Origin: Bacteroidales bacterium
Lineage (GTDB): Bacteria; Bacteroidota; Bacteroidia; Bacteroidales; P3
DNA length: 64,000 nt
NCBI GenBank assembly: GCA_031256055.1
Contig: JAIRRI010000199.1
Span: forward strand, 5,272 to 69,271
Direction: 5' to 3'
In this document: one piece after another, positions 55,965-63,252 of the stretch
Position numbering within the stretch: position 1 is the stretch's first letter
Layout of the letters: every line of letters begins with the position of its first letter
Translations under genes and position numbers: made by a program
The notes under the pieces: generated by a model
Seen by the model: only the letters and a program-made list of their open reading frames with translations
Database searches by the model: none
What the model was told of the DNA's origin: nothing

Positions 55965-56447
55965 TTAGATAATAGTTTTTATTTCTTGAGAAATTCCGAT
56001 TGACCTCAACCACGTTTGCACATCGAACGAAGGACAAGCCTTTTTTGCAACTTCGTTGTGTCCGATAATGCGAACGGTTGGATGTTTGGCGTGAAAATCT
56101 TTGACGTATTTTTCGAGACTTATGCGTTGCGCAGCGGTTCGCGTATCTTTTGCAGATTTACCATCGGCTGTTAAACCACCAACGTAAACAATATGACGAC
56201 TTATGTCGTTGTATCCAACCGCGCCGTTGGTAATTTCCCACGCATCTACAAAAGCATCATCGTTGTTTTCAACAAGTCTTTCAATTGTTCCGTCCAAATG
56301 GAACATATCCGTATAACCGACTTGTTTCCAACCGTTGCCTTTTGGTGGAGGCGAGGTGTGCCACGTTCTAATATCTGAGGCTTTCACGTTTTGGTTTTCG
56401 GGCGTGGCTGTACAGTGGATTATTAGGTATTTTAGAGCTTTTTTCAT
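55965..56447 (-). CDS. N-acetylmuramoyl-L-alanine amidase (Amidase_2/PGRP, T7-lysozyme-like endolysin)
   Basis: 160 aa with the motifs IIHCTATPE, GYTDMFHLDG, IGHNEV and KACPSF. There is no signal peptide. Confidence 0.85.
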   Translation of the reverse strand: MKKALKYLIIHCTATPENQNVKASDIRTWHTSPPPKGNGWKQVGYTDMFHLDGTIERLVENNDDAFVDAWEITNGAVGYNDISRHIVYVGGLTADGKSAKDTRTAAQRISLEKYVKDFHAKHPTVRIIGHNEVAKKACPSFDVQTWLRSIGISQEIKTII

Positions 56448-56509
56448 TTTTCAACTTTTTTATTAGAATTTGAATTGTAATTATATTTGTCTATTTCATT
56501 TTTTTTTTG

Positions 56510-56557
56510 TAACTTTGCAAATCGTTAGTGTATTATTAGAAATTTTCTACAAAATTA
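56510..56557. promoter_or_regulatory. face-to-face divergent -7 boxes with a central palindrome (candidate genetic switch)
   Basis: TAACTTTG lies on the + strand at 56510-56517, and TAATTTTG on the - strand at 56550-56557. The palindrome TAGAAA-T-TTTCTA at 56537-56549 lies between them. Confidence 0.45.
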
Positions 56558-56625
56558 CAAAAAATATTTGATATAACCAAACTTTTTAGAAGAAAAATTA
56601 AATAAAAACTTAAATAATTTTCACT

Positions 56626-57366
56626 ATGGCTGATTTTCAAATTAATGAAAGGTTAGAAAAATTTATTAAAGAAGGATTAAAAATTACTCCTTTTGCTTTT
56701 TCAAAGTCTATAAATGATACTGGCGGTGTAAAAATATCAAAAATAATTAACAAAAAATACGGTGTTTCTAATAAAATATTAGATTTAGTGTGTGAAGCAC
56801 ATCCGGAAGTGAATCGTAGTTGGTTACTTACCGGAGAAGGGAATATGCTGAAATCCGATCCGTCCAAGCAACCCATTCAATTTTTCGATCCCGAAAATGC
56901 ACCGCATAACAAGCGATTGATACCGCTCTACGATGATGTCCTAACAGTAGGAGGAACGGATACCGTAGCACTAACCGAGGCTAATAGAGCGCCTGCCGAA
57001 TGGATTGATCCGGGCGATTGGTTTAAACCTGCAACACACGCCATTCGTCATTATGGTGAAAGTATGGTGGAATATCCAAAAGGCTGCATTCTTGCTTTGA
57101 AAGAAGTGCAAGATCGCCGTTTGGTTGTTCCGGGACAGGATTACGTTATTCAAACAAGCGAATATCGCGTAACTAAAAAAATACAACTTGGCAACAGTCC
57201 CGAATACATCATAGCACATAGCACAAATTACGAACGCTATGATGACCATTCGCTAATCCACCAACCATTCAATATCTATTGGGAGTTAATTACCAATATT
57301 TATGAGGTGCTTGGCTATGTTGTAAAAAAAGGTAGCGGAACAATTGTACTTAGTAATCAAAGATAG
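56626..57366 (+). CDS. cI/LexA-type repressor (N-terminal phage-repressor HTH + C-terminal S24 peptidase)
   Basis: 246 aa. The HTH region ends in the typical NRSWLLTGEGNM. The C-terminal domain has GESMVEYPKG (Ser nucleophile) and a downstream Lys (RVTKKIQ). Confidence 0.8.
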   Translation: MADFQINERLEKFIKEGLKITPFAFSKSINDTGGVKISKIINKKYGVSNKILDLVCEAHPEVNRSWLLTGEGNMLKSDPSKQPIQFFDPENAPHNKRLIPLYDDVLTVGGTDTVALTEANRAPAEWIDPGDWFKPATHAIRHYGESMVEYPKGCILALKEVQDRRLVVPGQDYVIQTSEYRVTKKIQLGNSPEYIIAHSTNYERYDDHSLIHQPFNIYWELITNIYEVLGYVVKKGSGTIVLSNQR

Positions 57367-57389
57367 TGCGAGTTGCACAAAAAAAACGA

Positions 57390-58907
57390 TTATAAAAACA
57401 AAACAATATTCGCTATCGTCAACGTGATAATTCCGCCAATCATCGGAATTGCTGTTCGTTTCACCACATCAACGGGATTTACCCCGGCAATTGCCGAAAC
57501 GGCAACAACCACAGCAGTTATCGGTGAAAACGATCGTGCCAACGAACTGCTAATCTGCATCGGCATGAGCACCGTTATAGACTCTACATTGAAATGTTCT
57601 GCAACCATTGTGCCAACGCTCATAAACGAAAAAATCGCCGCATCGCCCGAACCCATCAAAACACTTGAAACGGCAATCAAACCTTGCATAAAAATCGAGA
57701 TGGGACTTACACCCGCTCCAGCATCTCCGGCAAATCCCAAAAGCGTGTTGACTGAACCTGTTGCTAAAAGCCCCGTTGCAAAAACTTCTCCTGCTACAAT
57801 CAACGTTACAACTGTGGCAAAAGCAAAGCCCATTCCATCGAAAACCGTTTGGATACTGTCAAAAACTTTTTTGGCATTGAACGAACGAATGTATTCAACA
57901 ATCATAACCAAAAACACACTCAACAGAATGGCAGTTACCAATCCCATTGTTTTTGGAGGAATGGCAAATGATAAGCCCATTGCAGCGAATCCATTGTTGA
58001 TACCAATCAACACAGCTTCGTTGAAAATAAAGACTAAAAGCAAAGGTATAAGTGGAAAAATCGCATAGTAAGAAGGTGCGGGATTCTCGTCTTTATCTGT
58101 ATTTTCAACTGTTTGGTTAAATTGAACTTTATAACCTTCTTTTTTATCAAACCAACGTTGGACTACAAAATGTAAACTTGCCACTACCGCAAGAACAGGA
58201 ATAGCAAGGGGAAGCTGATAGGTGAAAAAGAATCTTGCCATGTCAGCTTTTCCATCAGACGTTAAAATTCCCGCTGCTTCTGCTACGGCAACGCCTGTGC
58301 CTGTAGCCGGTCCCAAGTCGATACAGCCTGTGGTTGCAATAACGGCTGTTGCCGTCAATCGCGAAACACCGAGTCTAAGCAAAATCGGGTACATCGTTGC
58401 CATCAAAAGCACACCAAGTCCTGCAGCGCTTGTAATTGCCATTTTCATGGTTTGTCCCAGCAAAAAAGCCAAAACGATAACCACATAAGGCGATTTGATG
58501 AACTGTAAAGGTTTAACACCAATGCGAACCAATGCTTTGTTTGCACCAATCGCGTCCATGTATTTCACAAATCCCATCACAGACATGATGATCAATCCGA
58601 GACCTGCTACACGAGTACTGAATATTTGCCCTTGACCTGCAAAAATGTCCAAAAAAGGATTGCCTAATGTTTTCACTCGATTGAAAACATGCTCAGGTGG
58701 AAGATTCGGATTACCGATAAGGTTTGTAGGCTGTCCCCAAAGCCAATTAATCAAAATAACCAGCGTAAGCAATATAATCCCTCCAAAAAGCAACACGGCT
58801 TGCGGTTTGTATTTTTTCAATATCAAACGCGCAACCCAAGTGCTAACCAAAAGGGATACAATAATGCCAAGACCTTGTGGAGAGACTAAAAACGATAAAA
58901 AGTTCAT
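57390..58907 (-). CDS. dcuC: DcuC-family anaerobic C4-dicarboxylate transporter
   Basis: 505 aa and polytopic. From memory it aligns with E. coli DcuC over GANKALVRIGVKPLQFIKSPYVV, SAAGLGVLLMAT, IRSFNAKKVF and NPVDVVKRTAIP. Confidence 0.8.
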   Translation of the reverse strand: MNFLSFLVSPQGLGIIVSLLVSTWVARLILKKYKPQAVLLFGGIILLTLVILINWLWGQPTNLIGNPNLPPEHVFNRVKTLGNPFLDIFAGQGQIFSTRVAGLGLIIMSVMGFVKYMDAIGANKALVRIGVKPLQFIKSPYVVIVLAFLLGQTMKMAITSAAGLGVLLMATMYPILLRLGVSRLTATAVIATTGCIDLGPATGTGVAVAEAAGILTSDGKADMARFFFTYQLPLAIPVLAVVASLHFVVQRWFDKKEGYKVQFNQTVENTDKDENPAPSYYAIFPLIPLLLVFIFNEAVLIGINNGFAAMGLSFAIPPKTMGLVTAILLSVFLVMIVEYIRSFNAKKVFDSIQTVFDGMGFAFATVVTLIVAGEVFATGLLATGSVNTLLGFAGDAGAGVSPISIFMQGLIAVSSVLMGSGDAAIFSFMSVGTMVAEHFNVESITVLMPMQISSSLARSFSPITAVVVAVSAIAGVNPVDVVKRTAIPMIGGIITLTIANIVLFL

Positions 58908-58910
58908 TTT

Positions 58911-59258
58911 TTATACTCCGAAGTCAATGTCGTCCAATTTCGCAGTGTATTTGTTTTCGTTTTCTTGCGAATAGGATTGTTCTTCCGGCTCTTCGGGCGG
59001 ACGTTCGCCGGTGTTGATAAAATGAATGGTTTGGTTCAGTCCGGTCATGAATTTTTCAAAATCTTCTTGATACAAGAAAATTTTGTGTTTTTCGTAAATA
59101 AATTTGCCTTGATCTTCGAGAAACTTGCGTTTACTCTCTGTAATTGCCAAGTAGCGATCACCTGACTTCATCTCTTTCACGTCCAAAAAATACGTGCGTT
59201 TGCCTGCTCTTATGGCTTTTGAGAAAATTTCTCCTCTGCCATGTTCCATGTCTTCCAT
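58911..59258 (-). CDS. PUR-alpha-like (DUF3276) nucleic-acid-binding protein
   Basis: The repeats IFSKAIRAGKRTYFLDVK..GDRYLAITESKR and HKIFLYQEDFEKF are typical of this family. The track ORF begins at a TTG (59327), so I set the start at the first ATG (59258). A -7 box TATTTTTG lies at 59333-59340 on the minus strand. Confidence 0.7.
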   Translation of the reverse strand: MEDMEHGRGEIFSKAIRAGKRTYFLDVKEMKSGDRYLAITESKRKFLEDQGKFIYEKHKIFLYQEDFEKFMTGLNQTIHFINTGERPPEEPEEQSYSQENENKYTAKLDDIDFGV

Positions 59259-59384
59259 GCGTTTTTTGTTTTTATTATTTGTTGGACGAGTGTGAAACTC
59301 GCCCTTACGTTTTAATTTATGCCACAAAAATACGCATTTATTTGGAAACCTCGGTCTGTTTGTTAATAATTGGTAATATCTTTT

Positions 59385-59969
59385 TTACAATCCAAACACA
59401 ACTCCAATGCGAAAAATCGGATTTTGACCATAAACAGACCAATCTGTATCATTCAAATTCCACAGCAATGATGCAGATAATCCACCGCTTTGTCCAATCG
59501 GCATAAACACACCTCCACCTACCAATGGGTATTGCACCCATTCGTTTCTTCTGTTTCCCCAGAAATCAACTTCTTGATTTAAAATGCCGTATTCAGCACG
59601 TAAAAAGAAGAATTTAATCGGACTGAATTGAACATACGAATTTCCACCGATGGCACTCATGGAAAATTTCCTGCCATCGAGCAATCTCTCAGAATAATAA
59701 TTGTAGATAACACCCACGCCCAACTGAAACATGGGCGTGAATTGATAACCCACGGTCGGCGAAATATCAATTATCGTAATATCCCCAAACATCAAGCCAA
59801 AAGTTCCGCCAAAACGTAAATTTCCTCTTTGAAAACCTGTTCCTTGGTCGTTTGGAGTGTTTTGGTAAGACGGATTGTTTGAAAAGCTGCTTACATTACC
59901 GCTTTGTGTTTGTGCGTTTAGCAAAAGTGAAGCCGAAATTAGGGTTGAGAGAAGGAGATTTTTTTTCAT
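59385..59969 (-). CDS. small outer-membrane beta-barrel protein
   Basis: 194 aa with a signal peptide, alternating G/aromatic beta-strand pattern, and a C-terminal aromatic-rich strand. Confidence 0.6.
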   Translation of the reverse strand: MKKNLLLSTLISASLLLNAQTQSGNVSSFSNNPSYQNTPNDQGTGFQRGNLRFGGTFGLMFGDITIIDISPTVGYQFTPMFQLGVGVIYNYYSERLLDGRKFSMSAIGGNSYVQFSPIKFFFLRAEYGILNQEVDFWGNRRNEWVQYPLVGGGVFMPIGQSGGLSASLLWNLNDTDWSVYGQNPIFRIGVVFGL

Positions 59970-59984
59970 CTTGTATAATTTTAA

Positions 59985-60590
59985 TTAATAATTAAAAAAA
60001 TCAAAAATTGGTTTAGCCCAAGAATAAGATTTCAACGAAAAATATCGTTTGTAAATCTTTCCATCGGACAATCGAAACAATAATTTTGCCTCTTCGTTGT
60101 TTTCGGAATTATCATAAAAATAAGCACGATCGGCAACTTTTGCAATATCTACTGCGTTTTCCGTAGATTTACTGTAACGACTGATAATTTTAGAAATTGG
60201 CACATCGTGTCCGCCTTTCAAAACACGTGCTGCAACTCGAAAAGCATTGATTTTTGGGGAATTTGTACAAACAAAAAACAATCGTACGAAATAACCTTTT
60301 TTCTTGGCTTGAGCAATAAAATCAACCTTTTCCTGTGTTGATAAAACCGTTTCAAAAATCAAATTTTCGTTGTTTGCTATACATTGTTCGCGCTGTTTTT
60401 GAGCAAATACAACGGCTTTTTTAACAGCCTCGGGCGAATTCCAATCGCCAAATTTCTCTTGTGCAATAACATTAGGATTGATATAAGCGCACGACTCTGT
60501 CCATTCGTGTTTTAAAATTTTAGATGTGATAGACGTTTTTCCCGACCCGTTTGGACCTGCTATCACAATAAGGACAGTTTTTTTTTTCAT
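59985..60590 (-). CDS. zeta-toxin family P-loop kinase
   Basis: 201 aa with Walker A (IAGPNGSGKTS) and a size and layout matching the zeta toxin/AAA_33-like kinase fold. Confidence 0.7.
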   Translation of the reverse strand: MKKKTVLIVIAGPNGSGKTSITSKILKHEWTESCAYINPNVIAQEKFGDWNSPEAVKKAVVFAQKQREQCIANNENLIFETVLSTQEKVDFIAQAKKKGYFVRLFFVCTNSPKINAFRVAARVLKGGHDVPISKIISRYSKSTENAVDIAKVADRAYFYDNSENNEEAKLLFRLSDGKIYKRYFSLKSYSWAKPIFDFFNY

Positions 60591-60757
60591 TACTTACGTT
60601 TCTTATTGATACGTTCTGTTATTTCGCGAAAAAATCGTTGTTCGGCAATTTTTGAGGTTTCTCTTGCCTCAATAGCCAATTCTTTCATAATCATCGAAAG
60701 TTCTCGCAAAGACGGCTCTTTCAACGAAACAAAGCGGTATGTTGATTTTTGTTGCAT
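60590..60757 (-). CDS. 55-aa ORF, candidate antitoxin of the zeta-toxin gene (not in the ORF track)
   Basis: Hand translation gives MQQKSTYRFVSLKEPSLRELSMIMKELAIEARETSKIAEQRFFREITERINKKRK. Its stop overlaps the toxin start (TAATG). A -7 box TACCTTTG lies at 60771-60778 on the minus strand. Confidence 0.5.
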   Translation of the reverse strand: MQQKSTYRFVSLKEPSLRELSMIMKELAIEARETSKIAEQRFFREITERINKKRK

Positions 60758-60815
60758 AATCAAATTTTTGCAAAGGTACGAAAAAAAATTGAAACGTGTT
60801 TCATTTTTTTAGCTT

Positions 60816-60860
60816 ATAAAGTTTGTAAAGTTTGTAAAGTTCATAAAGTTTATAAAGTGG
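60816..60860. repeat. 5 tandem copies of a 9-bp unit (ATAAAGTTT/GTAAAGTTT/GTAAAGTTC/ATAAAGTTT/ATAAAGTGG)
   Basis: Read directly from the sequence. The 17-mer TTCATAAAGTTTATAAA recurs exactly at 17381-17397. Confidence 0.85.
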
Positions 60861-60868
60861 CTTTTATA

Positions 60869-60912
60869 CCGTCATTCCGAACGAAGTGAGGAATCGTCTT
60901 GCTATTTGAGAT
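60869..60912. repeat. degenerate copy of the GTCATTCCG...GAGGAATC repeat family
   Basis: CCGTCATTCCGAACGAAGTGAGGAATCGTCTTGCTATTTGAGAT matches the left half of 45285-45365. Confidence 0.6.
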
Positions 60913-61067
60913 TTTTTTTGTGTCTTTGCGCGTATTTTTGAGTTAGAGGCAACGCACGGACAACAGCGGTGGCAACATGGTAACGGGACAGTCAACAACA
61001 AAACAGACAATTTACAATAGTCTTCACGGACACAATATATTGATAGTACAACAAAATTTAAAATTTA

Positions 61068-61838
61068 ATGGAAGCATTATTCATAGTCGTTTTCGTACTT
61101 TTAATCGTTTTAAGTTTCCTTTTTAAATCCTCAAAAACGAAAGGGGGAATTTTCCCAAAATGGAAAGGAGAAGTTTGCGCAACAAGGAAAGGAGAAATTG
61201 GCGAAATGATAGTAGGATCAAATTTGGGAGATAACATAACAAGCGAAAAATATGTTATCAACGATTTATTGCTATTTAGCGAAGGAAGATCATATCAAAT
61301 AGACCATTTAGTTATACGCAAAACAGGAATATTTGTAGTTGAAACCAAAAACTATTCAGGTTTGATTTACGGCGATGACAAGCGTAAAGAGTGGACACAA
61401 GTCCTGAATTACGGTAAAATGAAAAACAAATTTTATAATCCAATTCTACAAAATAAGAGCAAAATTTATGCATTAAGCAAAATTATTGGTAGAAAAGATT
61501 GTTTCATATCTATCATTTGTTTTCCAGAAGCCGAAATAATGACAAATTTCAACGAGAAAGTCGGTTCAATTTCAGATATGAGAAAATGGCTCAATCAAGA
61601 CATGGATGAAATACTTACCTCGACAGAAATAGATAATTTTTATCAAAGATTAATTGATTGTAAGAATAACCCGAAACTAACAAACGAAAAACACGTAGAC
61701 AATATTTACAGATTACAGCGAAGAATAGCGAACAACATTTGTCCGAGATGTGTTAAAATACTTATGTTACGAGAGGGCAAATATGGTTCATTTTACGGTT
61801 GTAGCGGATATCCATATTGCAAATTTGTAAAAAAATAG
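61068..61838 (+). CDS. NERD-domain protein with N-terminal TM and C-terminal topoisomerase-type C4 zinc ribbon
   Basis: 256 aa with the NERD core QIDHLVIRKTGIFVVETKNYSG...NPILQN and the C-terminal CPRC...CSGYPYCKF. Confidence 0.8.
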   Translation: MEALFIVVFVLLIVLSFLFKSSKTKGGIFPKWKGEVCATRKGEIGEMIVGSNLGDNITSEKYVINDLLLFSEGRSYQIDHLVIRKTGIFVVETKNYSGLIYGDDKRKEWTQVLNYGKMKNKFYNPILQNKSKIYALSKIIGRKDCFISIICFPEAEIMTNFNEKVGSISDMRKWLNQDMDEILTSTEIDNFYQRLIDCKNNPKLTNEKHVDNIYRLQRRIANNICPRCVKILMLREGKYGSFYGCSGYPYCKFVKK

Positions 61839-61924
61839 TTTTGAACATAAAAAACACTATTTTTGCAAATGAAAAATAACAGAGTTACGGAGAAGTCAAT
61901 AATATAACTATTTTGTATCTTTTT

Positions 61925-62236
61925 TTATCCAACGCTTACATTAATATTAGGTAGTTCAACTTGCAGTTTAATTTTTGCTTTTAAGGCGGTAAAGACTTTC
62001 AATAAGGTGTTCATCGTTACATTGCTTGTATGGTTCTCAATTCGTGAGATTTGAGATTTTTGAACACCAATAAGTTTTCCCAATTCCTCTTGGGTCATAT
62101 TGCGTTCTTGGCGTGTTTGTTTGATGGCAGAGCCTATCAAATCCATTTGGAGTTCGTACTCATATTGGTCGCGTCTTGGAGTTCCGATTTTGCCGATAAG
62201 TTCGTCTTGTACCTCGTCTAAAGTGTAAGTTTTCAT
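61925..62236 (-). CDS. XRE-family HTH antitoxin (HigA-like)
   Basis: 103 aa with the HTH MTQEELGKLIGVQKSQISRIEN. It pairs with the upstream Gp49-like toxin. Confidence 0.8.
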   Translation of the reverse strand: MKTYTLDEVQDELIGKIGTPRRDQYEYELQMDLIGSAIKQTRQERNMTQEELGKLIGVQKSQISRIENHTSNVTMNTLLKVFTALKAKIKLQVELPNINVSVG

Positions 62237-62588
62237 CTCTCTTTGTTTTTTGTTGTTTATCTTTAAAATATTTTGCTCGACTTTGATGTGCTTTTTGAAT
62301 TTCTTGGTTGGGAACTTTGCTCTGTTTTTTGATAAATCCGTGAGTTGAAATTACCAATGTTTCTGTTGTAGAGGTCTTGTCCCAAAAGGCAAGAAGCCGA
62401 TATTGCATGCCTTCATACAGAGTTCTAAATTCCCAAATGTCGTCCGTCAACTTTTTGAAAAGTTCGGGATCGTTTTCCACTTGTGTTTTACGAATATTGT
62501 AAAGTATTTTTTCGTGGTGTTTATCGTCTAAACTTCGCAAAAAATCACGAACTTCATCTAACAATATAACTTCAAATCTTTTTTTCAT
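62160..62588 (-). CDS. Gp49/RelE-superfamily toxin (HigB-like) with an unusual 3' extension
   Basis: The body, MKKRFEVILLDEVRDFL...IWEFR...YRLLAFWDK...VISTHGFIKK, is typical of Gp49-like toxins. The start is set at the ATG at 62588, after the -7 box TATCTTTG at 62607-62614. The frame runs 77 nt into the antitoxin gene. Confidence 0.7.
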   Translation of the reverse strand: MKKRFEVILLDEVRDFLRSLDDKHHEKILYNIRKTQVENDPELFKKLTDDIWEFRTLYEGMQYRLLAFWDKTSTTETLVISTHGFIKKQSKVPNQEIQKAHQSRAKYFKDKQQKTKRDENLHFRRGTRRTYRQNRNSKTRPI

Positions 62589-62670
62589 TTTTATAGTTTG
62601 ACAATGCAAAGATACGAAAAGTTTCTTTAAAAGTAAACTTTTTTGTGATTTTTTTTTGCATAATCATAAT

Positions 62671-62722
62671 AGCAAGGGGATGTCGAGCGAAACGAAGTGT
62701 GCGAAGTCGAGGAATCCCCATG
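62671..62722. repeat. copy of the GAGGAATCCCC repeat family
   Basis: GCAAGGGGATGTCGAGCGAAACGAAGTGTGCGAAGTCGAGGAATCCCCATGC, with the terminal inverted pair GGGGAT/ATCCCC. Confidence 0.6.
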
Positions 62723-62762
62723 CCATTTTCAACTTTTTTCGTACCTTTGCAAAAAAGAAAAA

Positions 62763-63251
62763 ATGACAAATTTAAAAATCCGTCCAATTTCAGACCATGA
62801 ATATCCAATTTTAGAGGACTTTCTATACAACTCGATTTTTCTACCGCCTGGAGAAGAATTGCTACCACGTGAAATAATTTTTGAACCGGAAATCTTTATT
62901 TATATCAGGGATTTCGGTGGAAAAGATGATTGTTGTGTGGTAGCGGAATTAGATGGAAAAATAGTTGGTGCAGCGTGGACACGGATAATTCCCGCATACG
63001 GAAACATTGATGACCAAACACCCGAACTTGCAATTTCCGTTTTGCCGAATTGGCGGGGACATGGAATTGGGAGCAAAATGATGAAAACTCTTTTCGAGTT
63101 GCTACAGAAGCGTGGATATGAACGAACTTCGCTTTCCGTGCAAAAAAATAATCCTGCCGTGCGTTTTTACGAACGATTAGGATATGACATTGCGGGAGAA
63201 CGGGTCGACCATGCCAATCACGAGGATTATTTAATGGTAAAAAAGTTATAA
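62763..63251 (+). CDS. GNAT-family N-acetyltransferase
   Basis: It has the acetyl-CoA motif VLPNWRGHGIGSKMM. The start is set at the ATG at 62763, after the -7 box TACCTTTG at 62742-62749. The upstream 22 codons of the track ORF are repeat-encoded. Confidence 0.85.
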   Translation: MTNLKIRPISDHEYPILEDFLYNSIFLPPGEELLPREIIFEPEIFIYIRDFGGKDDCCVVAELDGKIVGAAWTRIIPAYGNIDDQTPELAISVLPNWRGHGIGSKMMKTLFELLQKRGYERTSLSVQKNNPAVRFYERLGYDIAGERVDHANHEDYLMVKKL

Positions 63252-63252
63252 T

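Noticed and set aside
47397-57366. The idea that this region is an intact or recently integrated prophage.
   Set aside because: I see no integrase, terminase, portal, capsid or tail genes and no att-like direct repeats at the borders. Only a repressor and lysis-type genes are phage-like. A decayed prophage remnant remains an alternative and is stated in the finding.
57373-58068. A 231-aa + strand ORF rich in A/T/I/P.
   Set aside because: It is antisense to the well-supported DcuC transporter gene, and its composition is typical of the reverse frame of a membrane protein.
60816-60860. A possible CRISPR array.
   Set aside because: The units are 9 bp with no spacers, and there are no cas genes in the window.
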